In this document: positions 13,068 to 26,569 of the stretch, in pieces
Numbering within the stretch: position 1 is the first letter of the stretch
Layout of the letters: each line of letters opens with the position of its first letter
From: Leucoraja erinacea
Taxonomy: Eukaryota
DNA: 64,000 nt
Assembly (NCBI RefSeq): GCF_028641065.1
Contig: NC_073396.1
Coordinates: 19,964,001 to 20,028,000 of the forward strand
Direction of reading: 5' to 3'
Program-made: the position numbers and the translations under genes
The notes under the pieces: model-generated
Databases searched by the model: none
Told to the model about the DNA's origin: nothing
What the model saw: only the letters and a program-made list of their open reading frames with translations

Positions 13068-14594
13068 AGCATCTGGGCTACTCCCATTTACTGCATTTGG
13101 CCCCTTTCCCTCTAAACCCTTCCTATACACACATCCATCAAATATCACCCTTTGCTGAGAGCCGGGTGAGGTAGGAGTGTCGCCAGAGTGTTCTGTCCCT
13201 TCCTCCTGGTACTACCCATGATCAGCAGAACAGTGTGTTTGCCACTGCACCCTGGGTCTAAAATACAGGAGTAATAGCAAGGAACTGCAGATGCTGGTTT
13301 ATACCAAAGAAAGACCTAAAATACTGGAGTAATCCATAAAATCTCTGGAGAACATGGAATGATGACGTTTTGGGCCAGGCTCCTTTCTCAGACTGTAGTT
13401 CAAAATATTGACGTAGTTGCCCACTTGCAGCTGGCTTCCCAAGGATTGCTGGATGTTAATTGGGGCTGAAGTTGCCTCGAGTTGGGCAAGCAGAGCAAAG
13501 GAGATGAACCAAAGACAAATTACAGTTGCTTGGTAACTTGAACAAGATCTGCTCATCAGTGATCCTGAACTGATAGATTTCTTCAGACATCAGGAATTGC
13601 AAAGGGGCACAGTGAGAGCGTTTCACAGAAGGAGTCTGTAGAAATGTCATCTCTCCGTCCCTTCCACAGATGCTGCCTGACCCGCCGAGTTCCTGCAGTT
13701 CTTTGTACTTTCCAAGAGGTTACTGTGACCCTGACAGAGATTATTCGATCGTCTCTGGCTGTTTGTGAGAGGCCAGGTGACTGGAGGTCAGTGAGTGCAG
13801 TAGCTTTTATTCAAGAGGCAGCAGGAATAAGCCAGGTTGTTGGGCCACACAGCAGGTAGAGTCGTTGCCACACAGTGCCAGATACCTGGGTTCGGTCTTG
13901 ACCTTATATGTGTTTTGTGGAGTTTGCACGTTCTCTCTGTGACCGCGTTGGTTTTCTCCGGGTGCTCGGAGTTCTGCCGAAGTCCCAAAGATATGCACAT
14001 TTGTAGGTTAATTGGCCTTCTGTAAATTGCCCCTAGTGCGCAGGGAGTGGATGAGAAAGTGGGATATCATAGAAGGGGTGATAGATGGGCGGCATGCTCG
14101 GTGGGCCAAAGGGCCTTTTTCCATGCTGTATCCTTAAACTAAACTAAACTCATTGCATGCCAGTGAGTTCAACGTCAGTATTTGGTGCCTGGAGCGTGCT
14201 GTTGTGGGTGGAAGTGGAGGAAGGTACAATAGTAGCGTTTCATGGGTGTTTAAATAAGATATGCACATTGATATGCAGGGTTATGGATTTCGTGCAGGCA
14301 ATGAGATTACTTGGCATTGTGTTTGGCAAGGACTGTTCCTGTGTTGTGGTGTTTGATGTTCTGTTGGGGAATTGATGGGGAAGGTTTCTGAGGGACCAGA
14401 TCAATCTCCACTTCGAACGGGAAGGATTGATTAATGATGGTCAGTATGGCTTTGATAATGAGTGAATGGGTAGGAATGAACTGCTGATGCTGGTTAATAC
14501 CGAAGATAGACACACAATGCTGGAGTAACTCAGCGGGTTGGGCAGTATCGCTGTAGAAAAAGAATAGGTGACTTTTCAGACAATGAGAGATGCT

Positions 14595-14695
14595 CTGATC
14601 AGTCTGAAGAAGGGTTTCGGCCCGAAACGTTGCCTATTTTCTTCGCTCCATAGATGCTACTGCGCCCGCTGAGTTTCTCCAGCAATTTTGTGTAC
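14595..14695 (+). mobile_element. Short Penelope-derived element with a hammerhead core and 14-bp TSD
   Basis: caatgagagatgct at 14581-14594 and 14696-14709; the insert contains ctgaagaagggtttcggcccgaaacgtt. Confidence 0.75.
14602..14633 (+). ncRNA. Putative minimal type I hammerhead ribozyme motif
   Basis: CUGAAGA, an extra A, stem II GGGUU/GGCCC, GAAA, palindromic ACGU stem III, cleavage triplet GUU. Stem I is only about 2 bp. Confidence 0.5.
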
Positions 14696-15366
14696 CAATG
14701 AGAGATGCTGTCTGGTTAATTTGATTGACTATTTTTTAAGAACTAACAAATTGACTATTTTTTAAGAACTAATGGAGGGCAGAGTGGTTGATGTGGTTTT
14801 CATGGACTTCCGGAAGGTCTTTGGTAAGGTCCAAATGAAAAGCTGGTCCAATCCCAAAGCAAGTTGGGAAATGGATCCAGAGTTGGCTTGGTAATGGGAG
14901 AGAGGGTGACAGTGAGTCTGGCATGGGGATCAGTGCTGGTACTTGCACTCATTACATTATTGCCATATACATCAAGGTGCAATGAAATTCCTTCTTCACG
15001 TGAAGCTCGCAGAGTATAATGTAATTATAAACTGTATACATACAGTAAATTACAAAGTGCCTGAGGAACGTATCTGGTCAGGCAGCATCTGTGTAGGGAA
15101 TAGACAGGCAACATTTCGGATCTGAAGAACGGTCCCAACTCGAAATATCACTGTCCATTCCCTCCCCAGATGCTGCCTGACCTGCTGAATTCCTAAAGCA
15201 CTTTGTATTTCTCTCAAGATTCCAGCATCTGAATTTCTTTGTGTCTCCAATAAATACAATGTTTCTTACTGTCTCTTGTATACATCAATTCCTCCCGTTC
15301 TTTAGATTTTAGACTTTAGAGATACAGTGCGGAAACAGTAAGTTTGCAGATGATACAAACATTGGT

Positions 15367-15494
15367 TAAGAGTTTAAGAAAGAACTGCAGATGATGGAAA
15401 AATCGGAGGTAGACAAAAATGCTGGAGAAACTCAGTGGGTGCGGCAGCATCTATGGAGCGAAGCAATAGGTGACTATTCGGGTCGATTTCAGGT
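15367..15494 (-). mobile_element. Short Penelope-derived element with 11-bp TSD (hammerhead end eroded)
   Basis: caaacattggt at 15356-15366 and 15495-15505 flanks the same family sequence. Confidence 0.7.
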
Positions 15495-16572
15495 CAAACA
15501 TTGGTGATGATGTTGATGGTGAAGTTAGTCATGATCTAAGGAACAATATTGTGGATTGGATGAAATAATGGCAGATGGAATCAAATCCCCATTTATATGA
15601 GCCTAATAAGGGTAGGATTATTATATTGAATCGTTGGTCTGTAGGATGTATTGAATGACAGAACGACCTTGTGCAAGGTTTCCCTTGGCAACCTGTGGGT
15701 CATAGGGCCTATTTCTGTGCAGCCTGACGCTTTATATCTGTGGTTGCGTGTGTGCCTATGCACGCACATGCACACTAATGTGTGTGTGTGTGTGTGTGTG
15801 GGTTGGAGAGTGTTTCCAAAGCTGCCAGGTCCAAGGTTCTCGCATCCTTGACTATTAACTCGCTGGCACTCACTTCACAGGGACGTTGGAGCATTCTCCA
15901 AAACCTTTGGATCAGGCACCGGTCCAAGGACTCCGTTCCCAGGGTCAGGTTGACAGTACAGTTACAACAGAAAGCTGAGATCATCCGACCCCCCCCAACA
16001 CCAGGCCTGCCCCCCCCCTTGCCATTCAAAGGTTCCCCCCCCCCTCCCATAACAATCCTGGGCGAGGAACTCATGGAACAAGACCATTTCTTCACCGTCC
16101 CCCACCCCCCCAGGTCAAAAGGAAAATCAATCATTAGTTTCCACACTGGAGTTTACAATGTGATATCCTCAAATCTTCATGTAATGTTCCCTTTGTGGCA
16201 GAGCGTTTGTTCTGACGCTCCCGCCTCCTGTCTTGTATCAAATCCAACGTCTTGCAAGAGACTTTGAAGGTTGCTGGGGAATGTTGCTGGAAGGGTGAGT
16301 CAAGGGCGTGCACCAGATCAGAGGCACCTTACGCACCTGTTGGGCTACACACACGGCTGCCCAGCACGCCTGCGCCAACTCTATGGTCCACCACGAACTT
16401 CTGGAACCTTCCTCTAGTTTATCATCGCCAACTGCAGCAACTGGCAACTCTACCGTGCATGGTGTATCCCAGCAGTACCCATCACGATCCACATCAGGGA
16501 TCCCTGGATTGGGAAGGTCGGCGGCAACAGAAGGCAAGTGAAACTTGGCTGGGACTATTCTGTCTTCCCATT

Positions 16573-17035
16573 CTTTAGACTTTAGCGATATAGCATGGAA
16601 ACAGGCCCTCTGGCCCACTGCGTCTGCGCCAACCAGCGATCACGTCATACACTAACACTATCCTACACACGATTTGACTGAAGCTAATTAACCTACAAAC
16701 CTGTAAGTTTTTGGAGTGTGGGAAGAAACCAGAGAACCCAGAGAAAACCCACGCTGTCACAGGGTGAACGTACAAACTTTAATTTCGCCTTCCATCACAG
16801 TGAGGAATGTGTAGGAGTCACTGTGATGGATGTTTATGTCAAAATGTGTTTTTTTGAGTCTGTTACTTTATTAAATTGTATGACTGACCTGGCCAGTGAA
16901 TTTCACTACACCAATTGGTGTATGTGACAATAAATGAACTTATGAACTCCATACAAACAGCACCCGAGTTCAGGATTGAACAAGGGTCCCTGGTGCTGTG
17001 AGGCAGCAACTCTGCCGCTGTCCCACTGTGCCTCC
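16573..17035 (-). mobile_element. tRNA-derived SINE interrupted by a nested insertion at about 16780-16945
   Basis: The SINE breaks at tacaaact and resumes at aactccatacaaacagcacccg. Confidence 0.75.
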
Positions 17036-18574
17036 CTATATTCCTCGCCTACCGTCCTGTGGTTCCCTTGCTCTATGCTGGGCTCTCTTATAGAGTCATA
17101 GAGAATGGAAACGAGCCTTCATCCCGTTTTGTCCGTGTCGAACAAGTTGGCAGTCTGAGCTCGTCCAATTTGCTGGTATTTGGCCCACATCCCTCTGAAT
17201 CTTTCCTGTCCATTTACTTGTCCAAATGTCTTTTGAAAGTCATAAATTCTGCCTTGGGAAAGCAACCAACATAATTAAGGATCCTCCCACCCCAGTCATT
17301 CCCTCTTCTCCTCTTTCCTGCCGGGCAGATGGTACCAAGCTTGAAAACATGTACCACTAGATTCAAGAATAGCTTCTTCCTCGCTGTTATCAGACTACTG
17401 AGCATTCCTCTCCTAAACTAAAGGTGTGGTCCTGATCTCCCAACCTACCTCAATGCGGCCCTTGCACTTTTCTCTGTAAATGTAACGCTATATTCTGCAC
17501 TCTTGTTGTTTTTCTCTTTGTACAACTGTGAAGTAAGTTAAGTAAGTAGGTGTGTTGGCCAAGTATTCACATACAAGGAATTTGCCTTGGTTCTCCGCCC
17601 CACAAGTAACAACATGACATACAGTGACAGTTACGAATGACTCGGAAAACACTAAACATTAATAATAATAAAACATTAATGATAAAACATCATTGATCAA
17701 GCATGTGAACCAACAAAATACCAGATCAAAAGGAATCAGTGCAAAGTACAATGTTACAGCCACAGGGAAAGTGCAGATAAAAAAAAGTACAAGGGCTGCA
17801 ATAAGGTAGATTGGAAGAACGTGAATACATTCTTAAGGCACGAGTTCACAAGAATGATAAGGGAAGAAGCTAACTTTGATTCTGGTGGTGGGTGCTTTCA
17901 AGCTTTGCAATTGATGGTAGTGGCAAGATTAAGAGTGAAGAATGTTTTATTGTTATATGTCGCAAAAAGGAACAATGAAATTCTGACTTGCAGCAGTACA
18001 ACAGTAATGTAATACGAGCATGGCCAGGGTGGTATGTGTCTTTGATTTTAGCTGCTTCTTGAGGGAATGCTTCCTATAGATCCCATGATAGATCAAGCAG
18101 TGTCTGCAACCTCCTTTGATCCTGGCCATTCGAGTTGCTGAACCATGCTATGCAACCAGCCAGTGTGCTCTCTACCACACACCTGTAGAAGTTTGATAGA
18201 GTATTCGGTGTGGGGCTGGATCTCCTCAACCTTCGAGGAGACACTCCATGAGGAGTTCACCTGAATGCAATGCCAATTGTAGTCCCAAACCTAGGGAGGA
18301 ACTCAGTGGTTCAGGCAACATCGTTGGTGGGAGTGGACAGGCAACGTTTCTGGTTGGGGCCATACCTAACTTTCTACCAGGAACTTTCACTGCACCTTCT
18401 TGGCCAAACTGTAAAAACAATTGGCAATACAAGCTCGAAACCAAACTTGTATATCAAACTACATCCTAAAGATGGAATTATTAATGTCGACTGTCCACTT
18501 GAACTTTCCCTGTGTCACTGACTGCATCCCCATTGATGTTATTCCCAGGCATCTGTGAGCTCTGTATCTCTCCA

Positions 18575-19155
18575 GACCATTTTTCAAACTGATTGGAGTC
18601 CAGGGGAGAAAGATAAGTGAGGATGTGACATAGCCTGGCAAGTGATACAAATGGTTGGCAGGTGGGTAGAGTAAGTGACAAAGGCTGGAGGTGAAAAGGA
18701 GACAAAAGGGTGTCAGAAAAGGAGAGAAGTGAAATGTTAAGCCAGGGACGGCGATGTGGGTGGAAGGCGAGTGAAGGAATAAAAGAGAAATATGGGTTTC
18801 TTTGGAATGAGAAATATGCATGGAGGGGAAAGGATGACTGGAGAGTGACAGATGGTGGGAGAAATGCTTACACATTGGGGGGGGGGGGGGGGGGTGAGAT
18901 ACACAGAAAAGAGAAAGGGTGGCAGGGATATTACTTGAAATTGACAAATTCGACGTTCGCTGTTCATCCAATTTGCGTGTGTCCTCACTCTGGCAATGGA
19001 GGCGGCCCAGGACAGAAGGGTCAGTGTGGGAATGGGTCCGTGTGTTAAAATGGTTAATAACCGGGAGATCCAGCCAGCCTTGGCGGACCGAGCACAAGTT
19101 GAGTGAAACAGTCGCCAAGTCTACACTTGGTCTCGCCGATGTACAGGAGGACACA
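18575..19155 (-). mobile_element. Penelope-like retroelement 3' fragment (GIY-YIG endonuclease remnant and pyrimidine-rich 3' region)
   Basis: Minus strand encodes CVLLYIGETKCRLGDCF then, after a frameshift, SVRQGWLDLPVINHFN...LHCQSEDTRKLDEQ. It ends in a degenerate copy of the agtctgaagaagggtc motif. Confidence 0.8.
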
Positions 19156-19185
19156 TTGGGAGTGCTGAATACTGCCCTTTACTAC

Positions 19186-19318
19186 AATCAGTCTGAAGAA
19201 GGGCCCAGACACGAAACGTCACCTGTCGATTCCCTCCACGGATGCTGCCTGACCCACTGAGTTCCTCCATCGGTTTTTCTGTGCAATATTCCAGCATCTG
19301 CAGTTCCTTGTGTCTCCA
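19186..19318 (+). mobile_element. Penelope terminal-repeat copy, inverted relative to the adjacent ORF remnant
   Basis: cagtctgaagaagggcccagacacgaaacgtcacc...ccagcatctgcagttcc. Confidence 0.7.
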
Positions 19319-20269
19319 GGAAGCCGTGATGATGCACTGTATGAGTCTAGGAGTTGTCCTGACCATGTGCTGGGTCGAGCAGGTTTTAATTTCTGAATTG
19401 TGAGGATGATGTTTGGGTACCTGTGAACTTTCCCACCCCACCCACCCCTCAGTAGTTCACACTTGTGTTGCCAATAACAGTGGCTCACAGAAGGGGTGGA
19501 ATCTGGAGCGATGCTTCCAGCTCCAGGCAGTGGTGATCTAAAGACAGTCCTCTCCTCACTGCCGCCCCTCCAAGGATCAAGGCCACACTGGCCCTGCGGT
19601 GCCCTCTGCTATGAATCGCAAACCTTTCCTTCATTGTAGTTCCTTTGCCGATTAGGTGAAGAGAAAGCCCAGAGAACCTTCTGGAATCTATCTGTGCGCA
19701 GTCAGAGTCTCTGCAGGTCACAGTGGGGAAGGTGGAGGCCGTGGGCCTGGTGTGGAGGGGGGTTCAGCCCAGAAAGCGGCTCTGGGTGGAGAATACCGAT
19801 GATGTACAGTCCTGGTGGGAGAGGCGTTTGGCACACTGCTGGGCAAGTTACAGACCCACAGTCATCTTCCTTTTCACAGAGCTGTCCCTGGACACAGCTA
19901 GGCTTGTAATTCCTCACAGCTGTTTGTTTTATAACAGACATTAAATTCCCTCAGCCACGAAACATGCAAGAAAAACAATTTTCTGAAGTTTTTCAAAGAC
20001 CAATAGCATTTTATACAATCCTTTCTGAACTATACTGGGCTTTAAAAACAAAACTGTCAAAGATTAAGATGTTGCTTCCTTACACATCATTCAGTGACTC
20101 TCCTCCCCGTATCACTGCCTGTTTCCCCACTGTTTTAATCCAACTCCCTCACACCATCTCTCAGCGATCCCTCTCCCCCAGAGCCCCTTGTCACTGACTC
20201 TTTTCCCCACAGATGTTGATCTATTCCTCATGACCCTATCCCCTCTCTCTTCCTGTCCTCTTTCATCTC

Positions 20270-20484
20270 TGCCACACCCCCCCCCCTCCATCCTCATTCT
20301 CCTCTTCCCCCCCCCCCTTTTGCACCTCCCACCAACCCCTCTACTCCCTACTCAGCCCCTTCGTAAACCCTTTCCCAACTCCATATCTCCCCTTCTCCCC
20401 TCACTCACTTCTCTCCCTCCCTCCCTCCCTCCCTCCCCCCCTTCCCTCTCTCCCACCCTCTCCTCTCCTCTCCGCTGCTTCTCT

Positions 20485-20520
<36 letters not shown>

Positions 20521-20532
20521 CCCCTCCCTCCT
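20270..20532. repeat. C-rich pyrimidine low-complexity tract
   Basis: Directly visible. Confidence 0.9.
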
Positions 20533-22731
20533 ATTTGCCACTCCCTCTCGGTGCAGCGTCTGGCCGTGTTCCTGGTTCTGTTCTCCCGTTGTGGAATTGG
20601 GGGAACAGTGGCCAGTGTGCAGACTGAAGGAATATCCCAGGGATTATCTGTGGGCAGTGACCCACGACCGGGACACTGCCCCCCCAAAGATATCTTTGCA
20701 GCCCCCTTCCTAAAGCTATGGCCTGAGCAGGGGCTGCGACCCTCCAGTGCAGCAGTCCCCTCCTGCAACCAAAGGTTTCGGTGCATGTTTTACCATCAGC
20801 TGAGCAGCCCCAGTCGATGGGATTGTTTAAATAAACACGCAGGAATGCGATGAAGTGGAGAGTGTGGATGTCACCCCAGACCCTCTGACTGCACCGCTGC
20901 CTCATTCCCAGCCAGGGCCCACACTCAATGCGGACAGGATTGCCTGTGATGCGGTGGCGGACTGCATTGGTGCCGGTGCAGGCTGCGGGAGGCCACAGCA
21001 GCAGCGGTGTGTCACTGGAGAGCGTGTACAAGGTGTGACGTTTCACTGACACTTCGTCCAGGGCTGGTGCAGAACACACCGGGCGGTAGGGATGGGGCTG
21101 ATGTGTACACAGTCTGGCTGGGTGGGTGGGAGGGCAGGGCAGGGCAGGGGAGGGGACCGCTCCTCCCGGGCTCCGGCATTCCACAGCCGTGTACACCCCT
21201 CCTCCCAGGCTTCCTCCACAGGGACTGCGCCGGCTTCCTGCTCCCGTATGCACAGAGTATCTGCTTGCTTACTTAACCCTCTGTCTGCTGGACCGACTTA
21301 AAGCATAAAGTTAGAATCTTCTAAAGGCACTGAGGCATTCTTCCGTGTGTGGTGGTCAGAGTCGTATAGTCATTCAGCTCGAAAACAACCCATCCATGCC
21401 GACCAACATGCCCCATCTACACTAGTCCCACCTGCTTGCGTTTGGCTCGTAGCCTTCTAAACCTTTCCTATCCATGTACCTGTTTTAAATGCTGTTATTG
21501 TACCCGCCTCAACTACATCCTCTGGCAGTTCATTCCACATTTCCACCATGAAAACGTTGCCCCTCAGGTTTCTTATCTTCCTCTTCTTACCCCAAACCTC
21601 TTCATTCCCCTACGCTGGGAGTTGGTGAGGCAAGTTTTACTTTACACAGAGGGGTGGGTGTCTGGAATGTGCTGCCAGGGATGGTGGTGGTGGAGGCAGA
21701 TACGATAGTGGTGTTTAAGAGGCTTTTAGATAGGCACATCGATTTGTGGGGAATGGGGGAGGGATATGGATCCCATGCAGGCAGAGGAGATTAGTTTAAT
21801 TTGGCACAGGGATTGTGGGCCAAAGGGGCTGTTCCTGTGCTGTACTATTCTGTGTTCTAAGATGTAAGTATTGTGTTGCTTTCTGTCCAAAACCATAGAA
21901 CAGTACAGCACAGGAACAGGTCCTTCGGCCCACAATGTCTGTGCCAAATGTGATGCCAAAATTATCTCTTATCTGCCCACATATAATCCATACTCTTCCA
22001 TGCCCTGCATATCTTTGCCTTTCCAAAAGTCTCTTATTGTATCTGCCTCTACCCTCAACCCTGCAGTGCATTCCAGGCACCGACCACCCTTTGTGTAAAA
22101 CAAAAACCAGCCCTGCATATCTCCTTTAATCTTTTGCCCCAACCTCTGATTTTTAGAAAAAAAGTTTAAACTGTGTACACTACCCAAGCCTCTCATAACT
22201 GTATATACTTCAGTCAGGAATCCCCTCGGCCTCTGAACGAATTAATGCAATTTGGTCAATATTGGCCATTGTAAACCTCTGGAGTTGTTTAATATCTCCC
22301 TTCCAACGATAGGCCATCCAGTGCACACCGCGCCATCCATCCCATCCATCCATCCATCGGTCTTCATCTCCATCCTGGGCACCAGATGCTGAACGAGTAA
22401 TGGAGGTGATAACTAATCCACCAGTGACCGGAGCATACAAACAGGTTTTGTTTGAAGAAGGGTCACAACCTAAAACATCGCCTGCCCATTCCCCCAACAG
22501 ATGCTGCCTGACCCACGCAGGTCCAGGCAACAATGGTCATGACCCACTAGGTCCTCCAGCACCTTGTCTTTTGCTCAAGATTCCAGCATGTGCAGTTCCT
22601 TGTCGTGTTGTTGATGGAAGCTTGAGGAATAATTTGTCTGCTGTGAATCCTACATTTGAGCATTCCTGCGTTATAAGATGCGTTAAACCGTTGACAGGAT
22701 AACCCCATTGACTACTTTACGCTTGGGATGT

Positions 22732-24843
22732 TAGAAACATAGACATAGAAAAATGGGTGCAGAACTAGGCCATTCGGCCCTTCGAGCTAACACTGCCATT
22801 CAATATGATCATGGCTGATCATCTAAAATCAGTACCCCGTTCCTGCTTTTTCCCCATTATCCCTTGATTCCCTTAGCCCCAAGAGCTAAATTTAACTCTC
22901 TCGTGAAAACATCCAGTGAATTGGCTTTCACTGCCTTCTGTGGCAGAGAATTCCACAGATTCACAACTCTGTTCAAGTGAATAAGTTTCTCCTCATATCA
23001 GTCCTAAATGGCCTACCCCTTATTCTTAAACTGTGACCCCCCCCTAGTTCTGGACTACCCCAACATCGGGAACATTTTTCCTGCATCTAGCCTGTCCAAT
23101 CCTTTAAGAATTTTGTATGTTTCTATAAGATATCCTTTCATCCTTCTAAATTCCAGTGAATACGAGCCCAGTCGACTCATTCTTTCATCATATGTCAATC
23201 CCGCCATCCCGGGAACCTGGTGAAACTACGCTGCACTCCCTCAATAACAATAATATCCTTCAAATTGTGAGACCAAAATTGCACACAATACTCCAGGTGT
23301 GGTCTCACCAGGGTCTGTACAACCGCAGTAGGACCTCCTTGCTCCTAAACTCACATCTTCTCTCAATGAAGGCCAACATGCCATTAGCTTTCTTCACTGC
23401 CTGCTGTACCTGCATGTTTGCTTTCAGTGACTGATGTGCAAGCACACCCAGGTCTCGTTGCACCTCCTCTTTTCCTAATCTGACACCATTCAGATAATAA
23501 TCTGACTTCCTGTTCTTGCAACCAAAGTGGATGACCTCACATTTATCCACATTACACTGCATCTGCCGTGCATCTGCCCACTCACCCAACCTATCCAAGT
23601 CACCCTGCAGTGTCATAGCATCCTCATCGCAGCTCACACAGCCACCCAACTTTGTGTCATCCGCAAACTTGGATGACACAAACAATTCCCTCATCTAAAT
23701 CGTTAGTATATATTATAAATAACCGGGGTCCCAGCACCGAGCCTGTGGCACCCCACTAGTCACTGCCTGCCATTCTGAAAAGGACCCATTAAATCCTACT
23801 CTTTGCTTCCTGTCTGCCAACCAGTTCTCTATCCATGTCAATACTCTACCCCCAATACCATGTGCTATAATTTTGCACACTAATCTCTTGTGTGGGACCT
23901 TGTCAAAGGCTTTTTGAAAGTCCAGATGAACCACATCCACTGGCTCTCCCTTATCCATTCTACTTGTTGCATCCTCAAAAAATTCCAGAAGATTAGTCAA
24001 GCATGATGTCCCCTTCATAAATCCATGCTGACTTTGACCGATCCTGTCACAGCTTTACAAATGCGCTGCTATAACATCTTTAATAATCGACTCCAGCATC
24101 TTCCCCACTACCCGAAGTCAGGCTAACTGGTCTATAATTCTGTTTTCTCTCTCCCTCCTTTCTTAAAAAGTGGCTACATTGGCTACCCTCCAGCCCACAG
24201 GAACTGATCCAGAGTCAAGAGAACATTGGAAAATGATCACCAATGCATCCATGATTTCTAGGGTCACCTCCTTGAGTACTCTGGGATGTAGACCATCAGG
24301 CCCTGGGGATTTATCTGCCTTCAGTCCCAACAGTTTACCTAACACCATTTCCTGATTAATGTGGATTCCCTTCAGTTCCTCCCTCCCACTAGATCCTCGG
24401 TCCCCAAGTATTTCTGGGAGATTGTGTCTTCCTTAGTGAAGACAGAACCAAAGTACTTGTTTAACTGTTCTGCCATTTCCTTGTTTCCCATTATAAATTC
24501 ACCTGTCTCTGATTATAAGGGACCTACATTTGTCTTCACTAATCGTTTTCTTTTTACACATCTACAGAAGCTTTTACAGTCAGTTTTTCTATTCCCTGCA
24601 AGCTTTCTTTCATGCTCCCCCCCCCTTAATTAAACCCTTTGACCTCCTCTGTTGAGTTCTAAATTTTTCCCAGTCTTCTGGTTTGCTGCTTCCTCTGGCC
24701 AATTTATTTGCCTTTTCCTTGGATTTAACACTATCCTTGTTCGCCACGGTGGAGCCACCTTCCCCATTTTATTTTTTTGCCAGAGAGGGATGAACAATTT
24801 TTGGAGTTCATCCATGCAGTCTGTAAATCTTTGTTGTGTCTCC
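22732..24843 (-). mobile_element. CR1 LINE, 5'-truncated; ORF2 reverse transcriptase with frameshifts
   Basis: Encodes [38 protein letters not shown] and SKFADDTKLGG; tail tagaaacatag at the left end. Confidence 0.93.
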
Positions 24844-26346
24844 TGCGGCACTGCATGGGAGTGTGGGGCCGAGGGTGTGAGGTTGGGCCTAGTGGGCAAC
24901 TCCACCTGCTCCACCCACTGCTGTCCTGATGGGGCTATGGGAACACAAATCTTCGCCGGATGACCGATCAAAAGTACTCAAACAAACAGAGCATGCTAGT
25001 GTTTGATGCCTGGAACTGGAGCCACTGCAGGTCAGTGTGATATACAACTCTCCAAGTGCCTGGCCCACGTGTAGCCCATGATCAGAGGTGTGTTGGCTCC
25101 AGGTTGCGGTTTGTGGAGAGGCAGGAGAGAGGAGTTGGGCAGAGATTATCACAGCGCATTACCCCACGCTGGTCAATGTGACCTATACGTAGATTAACTG
25201 GGCCTGTTTGTTGTCTCTGTACTGTACACTGACAATGACAATTAAAATTGAATCTGAATCTGAATCTGATGTTAACTCGACGTTGGAAGTAGATTACAGG
25301 AGTCTGCTGGGCCGCCCACAAGTGAGGAATGAGAAGAATAAAAGAGATATGGGAGTGAGTAACCATGGTCCGGCTGGTACTAGAAATGTTGTACAATTAA
25401 CATAAAACATGGAACGGGTCCTTCAGTCCACAATGTCTGTGCCGAACATACCAACTAATCTCCTCAGGCTGCACGTGGTCCATATCCCTCCATACCATAG
25501 AAACATAGAAATTAGGTGCAGGAGTAGGCCATTCGGCCCTTCGAGCCTGCACCGCCATTCAATATGATCATGGCTGATCATCCAACTCAGTATCCAGTAT
25601 CTCGGTACCCACGTGCCTATCTAAAAGTCTCTTAAATGCCACTGGTTGGTGGATATTTTCCTCGACCACCACCCCTGAAAGCGCATTTCAGGTACCCACC
25701 ACTTTCTGTGTTTTAAAAAAAACTTGCACTGCACATCCCCATTAAACTTTGCCCTTTAATGTCTGATTTGTTTCATCTTGGGAAAAGGTTCCGACCGACT
25801 GCCTTATCTATGCCTCTCACAATTGTATATACTTCTCTTGGGTCTCCCCTTAGTCTCTGACATTATTTGAGGGTGAGTTGTCCTGGAGAGATGTTAAATC
25901 AGTCTCCTCAGCAAGTTTAGCTGCATGTGAACATTTACTCAGCTCTCTGTAAAATGCCTTGGGCAATATTTATAACAACAACTTAAACTTCAACCAACAC
26001 ATCCCGTCAAATTGAGTTTATTGTCATAAGCACAAGTACAGGGAGGTGCAGGTACAATGAAAATCTTGCTTACAGCTGTATCACAAGCAGGTAGACATCT
26101 ATCTATCTATATTACTAAAACTCTGTTCTTGATCGGTTTTGGCTTTCTGTGCTGCGGTTTCCGAGAGAACGCCGCCACCTACGGCTGTCATTTTTGGCCA
26201 CCTCGCTCAGAGCCCCCCTCCGCCGCATGTGTGCTGAGGATTTTTCCCGTCGATGAAAATTGACAGAGATATTAATGTTTTTACAACATTCCCCATTCTC
26301 TCTGCTGCCCCTGCTGGAGGGAGGTGGAGGGACTATAAAACCAGGA

Positions 26347-26438
26347 AGTGGTGTGCCTCAATAAGTCTCTGTAAGTGGTGTGCCTCAATCAGTCTCTGCA
26401 AGTGGTGTGCCTCAATCAGTCTCTGTAAGTGGTGTGCC
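26347..26438 (+). repeat. 27-bp tandem repeat, about 3.4 copies
   Basis: Unit aagtggtgtgcctcaatcagtctctg(t/c). Confidence 0.9.
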
Positions 26439-26569
26439 TAAATCAGAGCTTTGAATGACACTGACAAATGTCTACAGCACTGTGAGTACCCTTAATTTGG
26501 TTTGAAAATGAAAATATGGTTAGAGGTAAGAAAGCACTGCCTGGGTTTGGGTTGAAGTAAAAAGACACT

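Noticed and set aside
14724-14772. 23-bp direct duplication
   Set aside because: Simple local slippage inside a decayed CR1 fragment.
20188-21253. 221-aa and 240-aa ORFs
   Set aside because: Pro/Gly-rich products of GC-rich low-complexity DNA with no recognisable domain.
26347-26438. Regularly spaced repeats resembling a CRISPR array
   Set aside because: Contiguous tandem units without unique spacers, in eukaryotic DNA with no cas genes.
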